From Antechinus flavipes (Eukaryota), in the NCBI RefSeq assembly GCF_016432865.1, contig NC_067403.1:256370001-256434000 (forward strand): a stretch of 64,000 bases of DNA. Direction: 5' to 3'. A program made the position numbers and the translations under genes. The notes below the pieces were generated by a model, which did no database searches, was not told the DNA's origin, and saw only the letters and a list, made by a program, of their open reading frames with translations. How positions within the stretch are numbered: position 1 is the stretch's first letter; every line of letters begins with the position of its first letter. Positions 54,578 through 64,000 of this stretch are shown in pieces.

Positions 54578-57500
54578 TTACTTTTTGTAATCTTCTTCTC
54601 CGGCCTGAGAGGAAGGACGAGGAGGGCTCAGGGATGATCCGGGGACAACCACATTCTCCCCCCCTCCCCCCCCCCCCCCGCCCAGGTCCCCAGCTCACCT
54701 CAAACACTTTGTCAATGATCTCATCGATGACGGCCGCCTGCGAGCGGAACACCTGCTGGTGGTGCTCCACGGCCGCCATCAGCTGCAGGTAGTGGAACAT
54801 TTGCTTCTGCTGTCTGGGAGACAGGGGCACAGGGGGGCCCTCAGCTGGGGGGCGGCCCCCAGAACGGGGACCCCCCGGGCTTTCCTCTGGCAGCTTGTGC
54901 GAGGATTATTGCTCCCGGGTCACAGACCAGGAAACTGAAGGCCACAGAGGGAGGGCGAGCCTGCTCCAATGGCCGAGGACCAGAACCGCCAGAGCTGGGG
55001 GGGCACGCAGGGGCACACAGGGCGTGTCGAGAGGGGCAGCAGCAGGGAGTCTCCTCAGCTGCCCCATCCCCACAGCCTTCTCCGACACCAGTGGGGGTCA
55101 AGAGCCGTGGGCCCAAGCTCCCGGCCCAGCTGAGCGGCTGTTCCAGAATGAGGCAGCAGCCAGGAGACTCTGGGCTCTGGGGTCCCTCCCAGGTTGCACT
55201 CTATTCTCTGATTTTCCATGTTCTAACCCCACGCCCAGCTCTGACATCCTCTGCTCTCTGTTCTGGGAGGTGGGGGCCTTCCCCCAGTGGGCTCCGGCCT
55301 CCTTTCCCCTGGTCCACTGACCCCCGGTCTTCCTGTCCGCCCCCACGTGCCCGGCCCCCCAAGCTTCTCCTTACGATTCTGTCAGGTCCCCATATTTTTT
55401 CTCAATGATCTTCATTTGTAGAGAAATCCCGCTCAAATTCTCCTCCGGTTCTGTGGAGAGAGGTGGCCGGAAGATGGGGGAAGGCCGGGCCCCAGGCTGA
55501 TAGGAGGGGTTCTGGCAGGGCCCCCGGGGGCCCCTCTCGGGCACCGGCTCCCTCCGGGAGGCTGGGAGGCTGGGGAAAGGTGGGACGTGGCCGGTGGGCA
55601 GCGAAGCGTCGATACCTTTCTCGAGCATGGTCAGTGACTCGTCCAGAAGGCGCTCGTGCATCCGGGCCACTTTCTGGGGAGCCAATTGGAGGAGAGGAGT
55701 CAGTTCTTCCCTCCCGGAGAGAGGAGGAGGCCCAGGGGGAAGGAAGGAGGTGGTCTCGCTGGCAAGAGGGGGACTGGGGGGGAGCTTGCATCCATGGCTA
55801 AATGCCCATCTGGCTGTTTCTGTCCCGGAGGGCTCAGGGGACGTTATGATGAAAATGAGAGGAGAATGCGGGCTTTCGTCAGAGGGGCTGCAATGGTGGG
55901 TGTGGGCCACGCAACCTGGATGTGGGCGTCCGTGGGACCTGGCGGGGACCCTCGTTCCTTGACCCCTCGTTGGGGTGCGGGCTGCAGCCTAGGGGCCTTC
56001 CCTCCAGCACCCGAGACTAGGCCAGCAGAGAAATGCTCACAGAGCAGGGTGGAGCTCTTGGAGGCCGAGGCCATCATTCTGGCCCGGGGCCCTCAGGAGA
56101 GCTGGCGTCCCCCTTAGCTCCGTGACTGGCACATAGTAGGTCCTAAAAAACAGTGATCGCCGCCCCCACCCCCATACCTTCTGCTTCTCCTTTTCCAGTC
56201 CCTTAATTAAGGCCATCTGGAAGTTGTCCACCAGCACCGCGATCACCAGGCTACAAGACATGGAGCATGAGGGCCCCGGGAGCGGGGGCAAAGCTGCAGG
56301 GGAAGGGCGTGGGGGGCAGGGGCTCCCCATGGGCTCCTAGAGTAGGGGCTGAGCTGGGGCTTGTCTGAGGAGAGGGGGCCAGGCCTGAGGGCCAGAAGAG
56401 GGTGTTGGGAAGGTCCCAGGGGGGAGGGGGGAGGTAGCCGGGTACTGGGGAGCCCTGGGGTAGGGAGGGGAGAGGGGGCGGCTTGGTTTCTCACTTGAGG
56501 AAAATGAAGTATTGTATAATAATGTAGATCATGAGGATGGGGATGATATACCAGGCACCTGGGGGAGGAAGGGTCTTAACTTTGTACTCAGAGAGGCCTG
56601 AGGCAAGTCATGGGAAGAATGCCCATAGCTGGAGAGGAGCAGGATGGGGGTGCTAAGTAGGGGATTAACCCCCAAGGGTTTATCATCTTTATTTTTCTTT
56701 CTAATTTGGATGCTGTCACTTTTCTGGATCAGCCCCCTGTGAATTTTGCACTCTGGGCCACAGTCCCCATTGTCCCACCCTAGTTACCACTCCTGCTCCA
56801 AAGCTCCCAAGACCGGTGCGACTTCCCACCTTGCTGGACCCCAACCCCCCTCCCGGCCCCCTCCTGCTACCTTTGTCCCGGCTGGACAAGTAGATGAGGG
56901 ACCAGTCATCCAGGGTGAGCATAGTAAAAAGCGTGAAGATGGTGGTAAAGATGTTCTGGAAGCGCTTGGGGTCCGAATGGTTGAAGAGGGATCGGAATAT
57001 CACCGAGAAGAAGACTGAGGAGGCTAAGGAGGCCTCGGAGGCCCTTGCAGTGTTGGCCAGCCAGCCCTCCACTCCTGCCCAGCCCCAGCTGCCCCCCCCC
57101 CGCCTCCCATCACCCCTGGCCCTGCCCTGCCTTGCCCTCCCTCCCTCCCCAGCTCCTCCTGGGCAGATACAGAGGCAGGTGAACATCAGGACGAGGATGG
57201 CCCCGATGGATGGCAGCGACCTGGCCAGCGTCCCCGTCACCTCCTGGAGGCTGTTGAGGAAGCTGAAAGCAGGAGGAGAAGATGTCGTGGTCAGAGGGCC
57301 TGGCCAGGCTCCCGGGGAGTGCTGTGGGCCGCTCTTGGCTGCAAAGAACCTTGGAATTAGGGAGGGCATGAGGGCAAAGGCAAGGGGTCGGCTCAGGGAG
57401 ACCCCCTTAGAGCCTGGGGCAGAGAACAGCCGACCTGGGAGAAGAGGAGAAAAAGCTGGGAGGAACCTTAGAACAGGAGCTGAGGACCTGGAACCCAGAG

Positions 57501-60278
57501 GACCCTGGATTTCCAGGGAGAAGCTGCCTAGCAGGCTAATAACCCAATCCCTTTGTTTTACAGATGGGGAAACTGAAGAATGTGGCTATTCATTCAGGAA
57601 TAAGGTCATGGGTTTGCATCCAGAAGGGTCATTTAGAATCATCTGTTAATTCACTGGCTCTCAAACTTTGGTTCTCGGCATCTTTACGTGATTAAAAATG
57701 ATCGAGGATCATCCAAAGAGTTTGTGGGTTTTTGAATGTGTAGTCCCTCTGAGAAGGTCTCATAGCCTCCCATGATTCCCTGGGTCACACCATGAGAACC
57801 AGTGTGCTCTAGTCCACTTCCGGAGGGGTGGAGGGTAAACCCAGGAGTTCCCAGCTCCAAGCCCTGTCCCTCTGCAGCCGGTGCTGGCCCAACCGTCGGC
57901 GGCCTGCAGGGATCCCTCACCTGAGCCTGCGGAGCACCATGATGGCCCGCAGGGCACGGAGGCTTTTGAAGATCTTGAGAATGCCGAAGACGGTTTTGCT
58001 GTGGGCCATTCTCGTGACGGAGGAGAAGTAGATCTGCTTGAGCACGAAGTCCACCATGGCCATGACCATGATGAAGAAATCTGGGGGGGGAGGGAGAACG
58101 TCGCCCATCTCGAGAGCCTGCCCCGTGAAGCTCCAGCCTCGGGGTCCGGGTCAGCCGGGTCTCTTAGGCTGGGGAAGCACCCACTCTCTTCCAGCACTTG
58201 GACCGCCCCCAGGCACCATGGGAGAGAATTACTCCAGGCATTATGTGTGTGAGGAAGCTGAGATTTAGGAGAAAAACGAGCTGCCCAGGGTTAGGCAGTG
58301 CTGACGGTGGAATTTGTACCCAGGTCTTCTAGACTCTAGGGCTCAGTGTTCTGACCATTAGCCAGGATGTCTCCACCAGAAAAGTGAGCTCCTGGTCAAG
58401 GCGGCAGAGCCTCTTTTCCCTAAGTCTGGAGCCCCTATCAAAAGGGTGCTCCCCCTCTATTCCAGCCCCTTTCCCTAGCTGGAAGACCATTCCCTGCAGA
58501 AGCTGCCAGTTCATTACTACTGCCACTCCATGGCGGGTTCCTCCCCTGCTTGTTCCCGATCTCCTCCAACCCTGCTCCCCATCCAAGCCCGCCCCCTCCT
58601 CACCTACCTAGGCTGTTCCAAGAATCAAAATAGCCTAATCCCATGACTATGATCTTTAGGACGGCCTCCATGAAGTAGATGCAGAGGAAGACCGAGTCAA
58701 AAGCTGTGAAGTACCATTCTGTGGGGAGGCCAGATCCTCTGTTTCAGTGCAGGTCTCAGCCCCCCCACCCCCACCGACACTCCTCCCTCTGCCCTGATCC
58801 GGCCTCCTCCTGGCTCTTCTCGGGTGGAATTCCTAGTGACCCCGAGGAATTGTCTTCCCAGGACGAATGGTCTTCTGCCAGTTATATCCCCTCTTGGATA
58901 TTAAATCCCAAATGACATATGTTCCGGGATTATTTAAAGGTCGCTGTATTTTTCTTTCAGGATATAAGTGGGCTTCTCTTCCCCTTTCCCTTTCTTCTCA
59001 TCTTCCTCCCCCATTCATTTCCCCCGTCTTCCTCTTCTCCTCCAGGAAGCCTGAGATGGAGCACCTAGTCCTAATGGGCTCCCTGGTCCCTTCTGGCGGC
59101 CCCCGGAGTTTTAGAACCAGACCAGATCAGGTCGCGTCTCTCTCGGCCCCGCCAAGTTCCCCTCCCCCGAGGACTCTCACCTCCCCAGACCTCCACCTCA
59201 GCAAAGGTCTGGACCACCAGGACGATGGTGTTTAAACAGACCACAATGAAGATGAAGATTTCAAACGTGAGGCTCTGCACCAGGATAGCCAGCATGAACT
59301 GGATTCGGAGAAAGACTTTAAAGATCTTCCCGCAGCACTTTTGGAGGAGCTCGTTGGTGGCTATCTGCTTCTTGTAGGCCCGCTGCATCCTGGCTACAAG
59401 GGGGAATTCGGGACAGAAGGAGGTCGGGCCCTGGGCGCTGACCGTGCCGAGTCCCATCCTGCCCGGTGGGCGCTCCGATGGGGGTTCGGAGATCGGCAGT
59501 AATCGAGCGGGCGGCAGCTCCGGCGCTGGCCCAGTCAGAGAGGCAGACGGGCATGTGGTCAGGAGGGCACCGGCCTCTGGCTCCCTCTCAGACTCAACTA
59601 CTTAAATCTGGAAGAGACCGACCCCTTCACTGTACATGGGGAATACGAGCCGTGATGGGGAGCCTCTGCCTGCCGGGCCCTAGCCTGGCTTTTAGAGTGT
59701 GACAGTGGGAGAGCAGCCCTGAAGATACTTGGCAGGGGGGAGCTTAGGCCATGTTAGTGCTGGGCACAAGGGCACCAAGCCAAGCACTGAGCAGCGATGC
59801 TTTTCTGTCTTGAGGTCAGGGACAGCCGTGCCCTTGACAGCACCCTAATATTCCCTTGACTCTGCCCAAGATAGAGGTTGGGGGCTGTGGAACACTTCCA
59901 CTGGCTCTATCAGAGTGCCTGAAGCGCTCCAAGGAGCAAGACCCAGAAGCGGGTCCTCCTGGGTGGCAGGGAGGGTCTAAGCTGGGATTTCCCAGGCCTA
60001 GGGATCCACAGGTGGATTGTCTTACTTCTCCTCATTCTTAGGCGGTGATCTTGTTCCCAGTTTTGCCCCATGGCAGTGAAGGATGGATGAATTCGGGTGC
60101 TACTGCGAGAGGGCTTGGCCTTTAGGCTCCATGTGGATAGGGGCGGGTATTTAATATGGATAGTTCTGTTATATGACCCAACAGGGCTGGCCGCCGGGGA
60201 TGGTGGAACAACAACAGGCAGGGTCTCTGGAATTTCAACCTCCCTCCGGGTCTCCTCTGGAACGGTTAAGTAATTCAT
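54578..60278 (-). CDS. CATSPER1: Cation channel sperm-associated protein 1, 12 coding exons, ~461 aa model
   Basis: Exons 60278-60026 (inferred), 59393-59181, 58718-58608, 58080-57921, 57262-57171, 57014-56871, 56558-56495, 56250-56178, 55673-55616, 55450-55375, 54813-54699, 54604-54578. S1 FEIFIFIVVCLNT, S4 KIFKSLRALRAIMVLRRL, pore TLFTMLTLDDWSLIY, S6 YIIIQYFIFLNLVIAVLVD, end AGEEDYKK. Exons 2-12 are secure; exon 1 rests on splice signals and phase. Confidence 0.92.
57015..57170 (-). other. Candidate U12-type intron, CATSPER1 intron 5
   Basis: Donor GTATCTGC; TCCTTAGC about 10 nt before the acceptor AG; both are one step off the U12 consensus. Confidence 0.5.
57655..57745 (+). mobile_element. 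hAT/Charlie-type DNA transposon end
   Basis: CACTGGCTCTCAAACTTTGGTTCTCGGCATCTTTAC...TTAAAAATGATCGAGGA...CCAAAGAG resembles MER33/Charlie5 termini as I recall them. Confidence 0.5.
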
Positions 60279-60390
60279 CTTGAAAAGGAACTCTGGAACT
60301 GAGATGAGAGTGACAGATGATTAGCCTGGGGACCTCCAGACCCGGTTCTTCTCGCCCTCCCCAACCTCCCATCCATAATTCTTTCCTTAC

Positions 60391-60480
60391 CTCAGTTCAT
60401 CCAAGGGACTTGTGGGGTCTCACATTCTGTGGAGGGACCTGGTTGTTTCCAGGGAGACGGTTCTGTGATGTAAGGCCTGG
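60391..60480 (-). other. Probable non-coding 5' exon of CATSPER1 (upstream limit unknown)
   Basis: Strong donor GAG|GTAAGG at 60390 and pyrimidine-rich acceptor TTCCTTTTCAAG ending at 60279, immediately before the ATG; the exon has a stop in the joining frame. Confidence 0.5.
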
Positions 60481-60681
60481 GCCCTTCCACTAGAGTGCCT
60501 TTCACAGAATCCTAGAATCTCAGAGGCCATCAAAGGTCGCCAGAATCCCAGCAAATCGTTATCTACAATCTTGCGGACCTCCAGAAATGGGGAGCAATGA
60601 CAATGCACTCAGGAAGCACTGAGTTCAAATCTGGCCTCGCACTAGCTGTGTCCCTAAGTGCATCAGGAGGAATAATACTGG

Positions 60682-61877
60682 CAATAGTAGCAGCAGCAGG
60701 GATAACAGTGGTAACAGTAGCAGCAGCAGGAATAAAAGTGTAATAGTAGCAGCAGCAGGAATAACAGTGCTAACAGTAGCAGCAGCAGGAATAAAAGTGG
60801 TAACAGTAGCAGCAGCAGGGATAACAGTGGTAACAGTAGCAGCAGCAGGGATAACAGTGGTAACAGTAGCAGCAGCAGGAATAAAAGTGGTAACAGTAGC
60901 AGCAGCAGGGATAAAAGTGTAATAGTAGCAGCAGCAGGGATAACAGTGGTAACAGTAGCAGCAGCAGGAATAACAGTGGTAACAGTAGCAGCAGCAGGGA
61001 TAAAAGTGTAATAGTAGCAGCAGCAGGGCTAAAAGTGTAATAGTAGCAGCAGCAGGGATAACAATGGCAACAGTAGCAGCAGCAGGAATAAAAGTGTAAT
61101 AGTAGCAGCAGCAGGAATAACAGTGGTAACAGTAGCAGCAGCAGGGATAACAGTGGTAACAGTAGCAGCAGGAGGAATAACAGTGGTAACAGTAGCAGCA
61201 GCAGGGATAAAAATGTAATAGTAGCAGCAGCAGCAGGAATAACAGTGGTAACAGTAGCAGCAGCAGGAATAAAAGTGGTAACAGTAGCAGCAGCAGGAAT
61301 AACAGTGGTAACAGTAGTAGCAGCAGGGATAAAAGTGTAATAGTAGCAGCAGCAGGGATAACAGTGGTAACAGTAGCAGCAGCAGGAATAACAGTGGTAA
61401 TAGTAGCAGCAGCAGGGATAAAAATGTAATAGTAACAGCAGCAGGGATAAAAGTGTAATAGTAGCAGCAGCAGCAGGAATAAAAGGGGTAATAGTAGCAG
61501 TAGCAGGAATAAAAGTGTAATAGTAGCAGCAGCAGGATAAAAGTGTAATAGTAGCAGCAGCAGCAGGAATAAAAGGGGTAATAGTAGCAGTAGCAGGAAT
61601 AAAAGTGTAATAGTAGCAGCAGCAGGAATAACAGTGGTAACAGTAGCAGCAGCAGGAATAAAAGTGGTAATAGTAGCAGCAACAGGATAATAGTGGTAAC
61701 AGTAGCAGCAGCAGGAATGTAAGTGGTAATAGTAGCAGCAGCAGGGATAAAAGTGTAATAGTAGCAGCAGCAGGGATAACAGTGGTAACAGTAGCAGCAG
61801 CAGGGATAACAGTGGTAACAGTAGCAGCAGCAGGAACAGCAGTGGTAATAACAACAGCAGCAGCAACAACAGTAGAA
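60682..61877. repeat. 28-31 bp minisatellite (AGTAGCAGCAGCAGGGATAACAGTGGTAAC), about 40 units
   Basis: Directly visible; two main variants (...ACAGTGGTAAC and ...AAAGTGTAAT). Confidence 0.97.
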
Positions 61878-61889
61878 TGATAGTAGGAA

Positions 61890-62940
61890 TGGCTTTCCAT
61901 TTTGTCCATCCCATTTTCCTCTATTTATCCTTTTCTCTTTCTTTTTATCCTGGCCTTCCTCAATGCTTGTGACTACTGCCGCCTTCCTTGACCCATAGTG
62001 CCTTTTATCATCCCCTCCCCCATTTATCTTATCCCTTTCCCCTCCTATTTCCTTATTAGGTAAAATAGATTTCTGTACTCAACTGAGTGTGTATATATAT
62101 TCTTCCCTCTTTGAAACAATTCCAATGAGAATGAGATTCAAGCATTGCCAGGTACCAGCCCTATTTCCCCCTCCAGTGTTAAAGCTCTTCCTTGTATACC
62201 TCTTTTATGTGAGAAACGCTTCTCCATTCTACTATTTTCTTTCTCCTTCTCTTAATGCATCTCTTTTCCTTACTCTTTAATTTTCTTGGGGAGGGAGGGA
62301 GATTATCCCAACATAGTTGATTCACATTCATGTTCCCCTTTCTCTGTAGACTCCTTTGAACTGCCGTAATAATGATGAAGTTCTTTGTTATCACATGAAT
62401 CACCTTCCCATATAGGTATGTAAACCCTTTAACTTGCTCTCCTATGATTTCTCTTTCATGTTGAAATTTTTATGTTTCTCTTGTGAGTCTTATGTTTAAA
62501 TACCAAGTTTTCTATTAAGCATTGGGCTTTTCAACAAAGATCTCTATTTCATCAAATATCCATTTTTTCTTGAAGGATTGTGCTCAATTTTGTTGGTAGA
62601 TTATTCTCAATTGCCTAACTCTTTTGCCTTCTGTAATATCATATTCCAAGTCTTCTGCTACTTTAACCTGGAAACTTCTAAATCTTATATGATCATGATT
62701 GTGACTCCGTGATATTTGAATTTTTTCTTTTTGGCTGCTTGCAATATTGTCTTCTTGACGGGTGAGCCCTGAAATTTGTCTATTCCTTCAAATCTTCTTT
62801 TGTGATCTCTTTCGGGAGATGATTGGTAGAGTGTTTCAATTTGTATTTCACCGTCTCGATCAATATAATGAAGTTTTTCTTTATAATTCTTTGAAAAGTG
62901 ATGGCTAGGCTTTTTTTAAAATTTCAGGTAGTCCAACAAT
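61890..62940 (-). mobile_element. Older L1 fragment (ORF1 / inter-ORF region)
   Basis: T-rich strand with GGTAAAATAGATTTC...TTCCCTCTTTGA and CATATTCCAAG...TTCTAAATCTT blocks typical of marsupial L1; heavily decayed. Confidence 0.65.
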
Positions 62941-63039
62941 TTTTTTTAAAATTGGTATCATGCTTTCTCTTTCTCTCAAGTGATATATCATTTTAAAATA
63001 TTTTTTCCTAAAATAATTTTATAATATTTAAATATTTTT

Positions 63040-63930
63040 CAAATACATGTGAAGATAATTTTCAATATTCATTTAAAAAATTTTATTAAATCTTTTTTAC
63101 AAAACATATATATGGGTAATTTTTCAACATTGACCCTTACAAAACCTTCTGTTTCAAATTTTCCTCTCTTTCCTCCCATCCCCTCCCCTAGATGGTAGGG
63201 AGACCAATACATGTTAAATATGTTAAAAATATATGTTAAATCCAATATATGTATACATATTTATACAGTTATCTTGCCGCACAAGAAAAATTGGATCAAG
63301 AAGGAAAAAAAAAACTGAGAAAGAAACAAAATGCAAGCAAACAACAACAGAAAGAGTGAGAATGCTATGTTGTGGTCCATCCTCGGTTCCCAGGGTCCTC
63401 TCTCTGGGTATAGATGGCTCTCTTAATCCCTGAACAATTGAATCATCTCACTGTTGAAGAGAGCCAAGTCCATCAGGACTGATTGTCTTGTAGTCTTGCT
63501 GTGGCCATGTATGATGATCTGGTTCTGCTCTTTTCACTTAGCATCAGTTCATGTAAGTCTTTCCAGGACTCTCTGAAATCCTCCTGCTGCTCATTTCTTA
63601 CAGAGCAATAATATTCCCTAACATTCATATACCACAATTTATTCAGTCATTCTCCAATCGATAGGCATCTACTTAGTTTCCAGTTTCTTACCACTACAAA
63701 GAGGTCGCCACAAACATTTTTGCACATGTGGGTCCCTTTCCCTCCTTTAAGATCTCTTTGGCATATAATAAGCCCAATAGAAACACTGCTGGGTCAAAGG
63801 GTCTGCACAGTTTGATAACTCTTTGAGCATAGTTCCAAATCACTCTCCAGAATGACTGGATCCATTCACAGTTCCACCAACAATGTATCAGTTTTCCCAC
63901 ATCGCCCCCAACATTTATCATTTTCTTTTT
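63040..63930 (-). mobile_element. L1 3' UTR and ORF2 C-terminus
   Basis: ORF 63694-63921 reads GKLIHCWWNCEWIQSFWRVIWNYAQRVIKLCRPFDPAV, the L1 ORF2 Cys-rich end; T-rich tail at the left. Confidence 0.9.
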
Positions 63931-63931
63931 C

Positions 63932-64000
63932 TGTCATTTTCTTTTTTTTAATTTTAATTTTATTTAATAATAACTTTATATTGACAGAATCCATGCCAGG
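63932..64000 (-). mobile_element. 3' tail of a second, younger L1 running off the window
   Basis: Poly(T) then TTTATTTAATAATAACTTTATATTGAC, same subfamily text as 41689-41796. Confidence 0.7.

Noticed and set aside
55451-55615. CATSPER1 intron 9 donor GTATCG as U12-type
   Set aside because: No TCCTTRAC-like branch site before the acceptor, which has an ordinary pyrimidine tract.
59394-59457. ATG at 59457 as the CATSPER1 start
   Set aside because: A good acceptor (CCCCCTTGTAG) at 59394 gives a 213-nt exon of the expected size and phase, so the MGLGTVSAQ segment is most simply intronic.
60625-61914. 429-, 379- and 217-aa minus-strand ORFs as separate genes
   Set aside because: They are the three readings of a minisatellite that lacks stop codons; they drift between poly-Leu, AAATVTTVIP and CCCYCYH frames as unit length changes, and one ends inside a MIR remnant.

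Overview
Eukaryotic, GC-rich, intron-dense mammalian DNA. The SINE, L1, RTE and LTR repertoire points to an Australian marsupial, probably a dasyurid (inference from repeat types). The window matches the gene order of human 11q13.1: C11orf68 (-), DRAP1 (+), TSGA10IP (+), SART1 (+), EIF1AD (-), BANF1 (+), CST6 (+), CATSPER1 (-). I rebuilt all eight CDSs exon by exon with phase-consistent GT-AG junctions. Intergenic DNA holds a nested L1/solo-LTR/SINE stack, RTE, L2, MIR and hAT fragments and many minisatellites. No tRNA, rRNA or CRISPR is supported. Best second-look items: (1) a CpG-rich, lower-GC ~1.2 kb segment between BANF1 and CST6 whose broken frames resemble bornavirus M and G (candidate endogenous viral element); (2) a CATSPER1 model of only ~461 aa lacking the His-rich N-terminus and with two neutralised S4 charges; (3) the DRAP1 exon 4 splice donor amplified into a 13-unit array; (4) an in-frame stop in TSGA10IP that needs an extra intron. 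All protein comparisons were made by eye against remembered reference sequences, not by database search.
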